The notes beneath the pieces were generated by a model. The model did not search any database and had not been told where the DNA came from. It was given only the letters and a program-made list of their open reading frames with translations. The position numbers and the translations under genes are program-made. A stretch of 64,000 nucleotides of DNA from Octopus sinensis (lineage: Eukaryota): assembly GCF_006345805.1 (NCBI RefSeq), contig NC_043004.1, positions 32,674,001-32,738,000 on the forward strand, given 5' to 3'. Below, one piece after another: positions 63,899 to 64,000 of this stretch (the stretch's first letter is position 1; the number at the start of each line of letters is the position of its first letter).

Positions 63899-64000
63899 GT
63901 GAGGGCGCGTGGATTAGTGGTTAGGGCATTCGGCTCATGATCGTAAGGTTGTGAGTTCGATTCCCGGCGACGCGTTGTGTCCTTGAGCAAGACACTTTAT
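63899..64000 (+). mobile_element. SINE family C-related head, cut by the window end
   Basis: GGCGCGTGGATTAGTGGTTAGGGCA...GAGTTCGATTCCC...TCCTTGAGCAAGACACTT. Confidence 0.8.

Overview
AT-rich eukaryotic genomic DNA dominated by microsatellites ((TA)n, (CA)n, (TATG)n, (CTT)n) and transposon relics. The SINE families look like those of octopus (Cephalopoda); this is an inference from recalled repeat sequence, not a database match. I cannot support any complete cellular protein-coding gene, tRNA/rRNA gene or CRISPR array; most ORFs in the supplied track are translations of microsatellites or SINEs. Recognisable coding remnants are all from mobile elements: RTE-like and CR1-like LINE 3' ends, an R4/Dong-like restriction-endonuclease LINE, a deleted Tigger/pogo transposase, and several Penelope-like elements (PLE; RT thumb plus GIY-YIG endonuclease). 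Non-autonomous Helitrons, MITEs and three tRNA-derived SINE families are also present. The main unannotated structure is a set of at least eight minimal hammerhead-ribozyme motifs in short (TA)n-flanked PLE-type terminal repeats, four fold-back inverted repeats, a PLE with an apparent 5' inversion, and a PLE endonuclease carrying a long low-complexity insertion. Hints of host function are weaker: CpG decay confined to about the first 8 kb, a splice-site-flanked ATG exon candidate at about 40.2 kb (minus), and a promoter-like motif cluster at 52.3-53.5 kb. Boundaries and identities were read by eye and are approximate unless stated as exact.
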